Shown here piece by piece: positions 43,601-45,776 of a stretch of 45,776 nucleotides of DNA (within the stretch, counting starts at the first letter, position 1; every line of letters starts with the position of its first letter). Made by a program: the position numbers and the translations under genes. Origin of the DNA: Bacteroidota bacterium (GTDB lineage: Bacteria; Bacteroidota; Bacteroidia; Bacteroidales; B39-G9); assembly GCA_030592465.1 (NCBI GenBank), contig JAUVJB010000001.1:1-45776 (forward strand). The letters are read 5' to 3'. The notes beneath the pieces are model-generated. The model did no database searches and was not told the DNA's origin. It saw only the letters and a list, made by a program, of their open reading frames with translations.

Positions 43601-45292
43601 ATTTGGCTCAGATGTATATACTTTAAAATTATATCTTGAACCCTGAGCAAGGAATTTATAAGCCCCAATTTTTATTGAAATCGTACTATCAACCAATAAA
43701 GTATCATTCCAGTTAACCGGAGTTTGTGCAGTTTCATTTACCGACCAATTTATTGTTGTTGAAAATAAAGTATCAACGCCTTGATTTATTAATGTAACAT
43801 ATACATCTAAGCTATCATTAGCTAAAACTGGCACAAAATTTATTAAAGAATCAACAGACACAATGCCTGCATCACCATAAACATCGGGCATAACAAATTC
43901 ATCAGCACCAATACATGGGAAATCTGCTCTGGCATCTCCATCAATATCATGTGGAACAGACAAGGCTGCTATTGAATCTCCGCCACCTATTAAATTTTGA
44001 TTATAGGTGTGTAAATCGCTTGAAGAATGAAACATAGGGTCTTCAGAAATTGAATTCAGGTCTTTATTTACAGCAGATTGCCAATCGGCTAATGTAGTTT
44101 TATTTACATGACTGCCGCCTGATGTTGTGTACCTTCCTGTAATATTTGCATAAATGTTATTATTGTCAGAATAAAATCCATATACATGATACTGGTGATA
44201 ATAAATACCGTATCCGTTTTCTGCAATTAAATTATTGTTTTTTAAATATAAATACTTACTATCCTGATATGACGTACTGCTTGCATAAAAAGCATAACCA
44301 TTGCCTGTAACTTTTACATTATTATGATAGTATTTAGCATATCTTGCATATTTATTATATAAACCAAATGTTTTTACATTAATAAAATTATTTGCTATTA
44401 AAGCATATCCATAATAAGTACTTCTGTTACTTCCATAATTATTTATAGCGAGATAATAATCACCTTCAATTATATTATTTATAACCTTCATGCTATCTAA
44501 GCAATAATATAAATATATTGCATATATACTTTCATAATTATCAGGATTATAAAAATGATTTCCGGTAATCAGGGGATAATGATTTCTATTTACATGTAAA
44601 CTTCGATAATATTGTTTTATAAATTGGTTGTTTTCAAAAATATTACCTGAGCCATTATTTATATAAACCCCACAACTTCCTTCTTCGATAATATTATTCT
44701 CAAATTTATTATGATTATATGATGTTGAATTAATATCAAAATAAATAACTGCATATAAATAATCAGTATTATCAATAGTTTTTATATCAATTCCTTTTAT
44801 ATGATTACTTGAAAAAGTAATATATGAAGAGTTATTTTTAAAGTAAACTGCACGTGCATATTCACCTGAATCTACTTCGATAGTCAGATTTTTAATTTGC
44901 AAATAACTTGCATTATCAAGAGTAATAACAGCACTATTCTGAGCATTCAAATTCTCTCCATGAATTACAACATCAGCATTGTTTCCCGATTCAGATTGAA
45001 AAACAACTAATGCAGTATCACTTGCTCCAAAAATTTTTCCAATATTTATTGTTTCGTTATAAAAACCATCAGCAATATTAAATATTACCGTATCGGAAAT
45101 TCCCATTCCATTTGGAGTTATGCCATCATTTCTGATACCATACATTAAATCACTAACAGCATTTGAAAAATCCTGATAGTTATTGACACTTGCCGGTAAT
45201 TCCGGGTTAATTGTGTATTCCCCATTTAATTGGGCAAAAATCATTTTTGGTAAAAAACAGATTAAAAATAAAAGTGGTAAAAAAGTTTTCAT
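37691..45292 (-). CDS. Giant T9SS cargo (2,533 aa): 4 x [right-handed parallel beta-helix + CARDB-like domain], 3 PKD domains, C-terminal sorting domain
   Basis: Signal peptide MKTFLPLLFLICFLPKMIFAQ. Four modules start with G(E/N/T)Y(T/S)IG... and end with D(I)(D/N)G..R.....D(I/M)G(A/G).EF. PKD signature (W.FGD....E.NP.H.Y...G.Y.V.L.A) occurs three times. CTD is INVFPNPSNGFFNVELSI...GIYYLKV. Confidence 0.9.
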   Translation of the reverse strand: MKTFLPLLFLICFLPKMIFAQLNGEYTINPELPASVNNYQDFSNAVSDLMYGIRNDGITPNGMGISDTVIFNIADGFYNETINIGKIFGASDTALVVFQSESGNNADVVIHGENLNAQNSAVITLDNASYLQIKNLTIEVDSGEYARAVYFKNNSSYITFSSNHIKGIDIKTIDNTDYLYAVIYFDINSTSYNHNKFENNIIEEGSCGVYINNGSGNIFENNQFIKQYYRSLHVNRNHYPLITGNHFYNPDNYESIYAIYLYYCLDSMKVINNIIEGDYYLAINNYGSNRSTYYGYALIANNFINVKTFGLYNKYARYAKYYHNNVKVTGNGYAFYASSTSYQDSKYLYLKNNNLIAENGYGIYYHQYHVYGFYSDNNNIYANITGRYTTSGGSHVNKTTLADWQSAVNKDLNSISEDPMFHSSSDLHTYNQNLIGGGDSIAALSVPHDIDGDARADFPCIGADEFVMPDVYGDAGIVSVDSLINFVPVLANDSLDVYVTLINQGVDTLFSTTINWSVNETAQTPVNWNDTLLVDSTISIKIGAYKFLAQGSRYNFKVYTSEPNGGVDIYAANDTVNYDFYTALDGNYTIGGTEPDFETFSNTVEIMNNYGISNNVIFNIRDGVYNERVIINEIQGADETKTITFQSESGDSSSVVLQYGISNNSVLYLNGADFVTIKQLSIIQTSSGQAIAIKNGANNNQVLNCFLQGYQTTNESEKYAVIYSASSVDALDINNVFKNNYVLYGNLGIFYYGYNASNIEPGTIVENNIFKDQTFRAIQLRYQDAPVISSNTIQTDVGKTTNLGIYALNCDNGLRIINNNVKARYMGIDVNACDGTSDNYGLVAGNIVYVEGSHTTNFGIYIGNSNYQWTINNTSVNNGIGYSYCLAGTSLNIKLKNNILIAPNGYGIYFDYYSGSRIVLSDYNNIVAETTGRRRTGSSSYVNYSTLSNWQSYGFDSHSFSENVNFISETDLHLTEYNKILDRTGDTVTYTELSYDIDGDVRNMEHPDIGGDEFFAPEGIDAAITSIYTTESAPYFAGDYNIYTTIKNLCIDTLFNADICWTVNGVAQTTYNFVGALEITRDSVINPGTINIEAGEVYDIKVWSSMPNGANDCINSNDTLQVSLYGVLEGGTYTIGGTEPDFENFTELADYFNLGGVYESNTFNFLIRDGIYNEQIIIDSIPGADSSSLFTFISESQDSSLVILAYASNSSDSNYVMFLNEIGNIEFNQITFKATGNYQRVISMYDTYGIKFNNCVFEGQKYATETDYELILANIDSDLNNWEFNNNLFSGGNYGIIYSGDEIFNNKGLIINNNVFRENNSGLHISNMDSLTIEANQINSLENGIYVDNCLYSEIISNEISGVDNGIIIETSDTFNILNNNVNSKILGVDINNINSEFNIRNNRILTSGNEVDEVYGIRFNNTLCTLENKGIVANNFITMQGGFETSGIKVENSSYIAFYYNSVNISNSNEVSKAINLMSSCNNTTLINNIFANYSNAYALFSDVIVSELVDTSDCNDLYSSGDFICNINGYNINTIENYRIVCPGIDSNSVQANPYYTSITNLTPNNSLLNNTGCPVALITDDINGYERDAVNPDMGAIIFSVRNIDAGIIEIFTDSDLLCNGNYNFYAIISNFGTEILTSDVVNWSVNDTLKTAVNWSGELQINKTDTVFLGDYDITSEQLLTLKAWTTFPNNTTDENTSNDLFEKDFEKGISGEYSIGKSINNDFNSFNEAVNFLTNSPRICSAVVFNVEEGTYNESFEIPEIFGVSSENTITFRSVSENNNPVIFTDEYAEYLVSLNGADNIIFDNITFEIYDNSDYGILFKNGACNNTITNCKFIAPIENGYCIYSEYNSNEENDDYNIISNNIFENGDYGIYWEGDNDLNKYDKNIEITGNIFTEQYYIGIEAYYVDGITINNNRITNNSNSYDYYNAIYLDFDNYINNRFEISNNLIDLYNGEIAIYVAYSYTNEGIPSIISNNSISFTSSYSSFIGIYADELNNLHVLNNSVNLYGGASDSKSFYTDDCYGLVVLNNIFSNNAGGYSIYGYCGSNSYQSDYNILNTTGSYLARWNGTYIADLTTLQSNYSQDYNSLNIDPVFYSDDDLRTCNYLLDGTALPTDYVTTDINGNLRDINSPDIGAYEFISVENFDLGEDISICGNDIFILDAGQSDGTYIWSTGDTTRTIPVTVAGTYSVQISSNCGIVSDTIIVTKNTSTAYAEFDYSFDDFKISFTNQSTDASSYYWNFGDENISYDVNPVHKYDSAGTYNVSLIAYHECNNDTIFKQIKVCRNAIAGYTYSIDGGELAFTNTSQFAVSYIWYFGDGQTIEDENPTHIYTENGMYSVSLVAYNICSRDSVTMNINVIACEAVNAIYSFSISEKTVSFSNYSTGAIDIKWDFGDGQISEELNPVHTYDNEGTYPVQLIASNDCNSDTLLINVPVYLTDVSDIESVETINVFPNPSNGFFNVELSISKYSDITISIFDVVGNNLIMKKFKNVKYLHENIDISNYPAGIYYLKVMSGNNQKVNRIIKQ

Positions 45293-45776
45293 AATGTTTA
45301 AATTTTAGTTTATATTTTTTTTTTATTTTTTGTATGCACAATAATTAATTTCTTGGACAAATATATATGGACAATCTTGTTTTATAAAAAAAACAGGTAA
45401 GACAAATAGTAGGACATTGTTTTTTAATTATCAAACACACAGTTTATCTTTTTGATTAATTGGCAGTTACATTAACCCAACTTGTAAATCAAAAGCTATA
45501 ACCTAAATTGAGCGATTGTGTTGCAAGTTGATACGTTTTGATTTTTTATTATTGGGAGACAACTTTTGTTTTTCTGACAAAAGGTCTGTATTTAAAATTA
45601 AGTGCATCAAATATTTTTCTTTGGTCAGTATTTGGTACGGTGCATATTTACATAAATTAATTCATTTATTGTTATTCGTCATAAGCATCCCGAATATATA
45701 TGGATTAAGTTACAAACTTAATCCAGTACACGAATAAAGCGCGTTAACTTTATAAACTAATATCAATTTGATGATA

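Noticed and set aside
45315-45324. T10 homopolymer upstream of the giant gene as a phase-variation switch
   Set aside because: It lies between the start codon and a candidate -7 box (CAAATATA on the plus strand, 45358-45365), so it would not alter promoter spacing. Homopolymers of this length are frequent in this AT-rich sequence.
45516-45737. 73-aa ORF at the right edge
   Set aside because: It has low-complexity hydrophobic composition and no recognisable motif. It spans the upstream spacer of the giant gene and contains a repeat-family palindrome (45702-45724).

Overview
Strongly AT-rich 45.8-kb window that reads as a Bacteroidota chromosome. Support for this: three secreted proteins end in type-A T9SS C-terminal sorting domains, purH-mreB-mreC-mreD-mrdA-rodA synteny is present, and a TAnnTTTG-type -7 box lies upstream of gap. 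Layout: (1) 1-14,100 is an accessory-looking region with a miaA 5' fragment, a beta-barrel-like hypothetical, a small lipoprotein, an O-antigen-ligase/TPR fusion, a SAM methyltransferase, a nitroreductase, a five-gene envelope-signalling cluster and a LuxC-type acyl-CoA reductase. (2) 14,100-20,900 holds two T9SS cargo proteins (BNR/sortilin-like; 7-bladed SBBP propeller with Ig domains) and a GIN-domain lipoprotein. (3) 21,300-32,200 is a housekeeping block: gap, rlmD, a Crp/Fnr regulator, purH, mreBCD, mrdA, rodA. (4) 32,400-37,300 holds blaI/blaR1-TonB, a TPR protein and an orphan KamA-family radical-SAM enzyme. (5) 37,691-45,292 is one 2,533-aa T9SS cargo gene with four beta-helix modules. 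I saw no rRNA, tRNA, CRISPR, transposase, integrase or phage genes. Two things stand out. First, the cluster at 6,704-12,176 (TpsB/Omp85-type barrel, two YfiR/DUF4154 paralogues, a 5x-repeat secreted protein, a HAMP-GAF-PAS sensor with no output domain) looks like a rewired YfiR system without a diguanylate cyclase; it is my best candidate for an undescribed system. Second, the intergenic DNA is a dense mosaic of modular, nested-palindromic repeat families. These include a 27-unit 10/11-bp tandem array, about 300-400-bp composite repeats in inverted orientation bracketing 11.8 kb, and inverted plus direct repeats bracketing a single methyltransferase gene. All domain calls are motif recognition by eye, with no database search.
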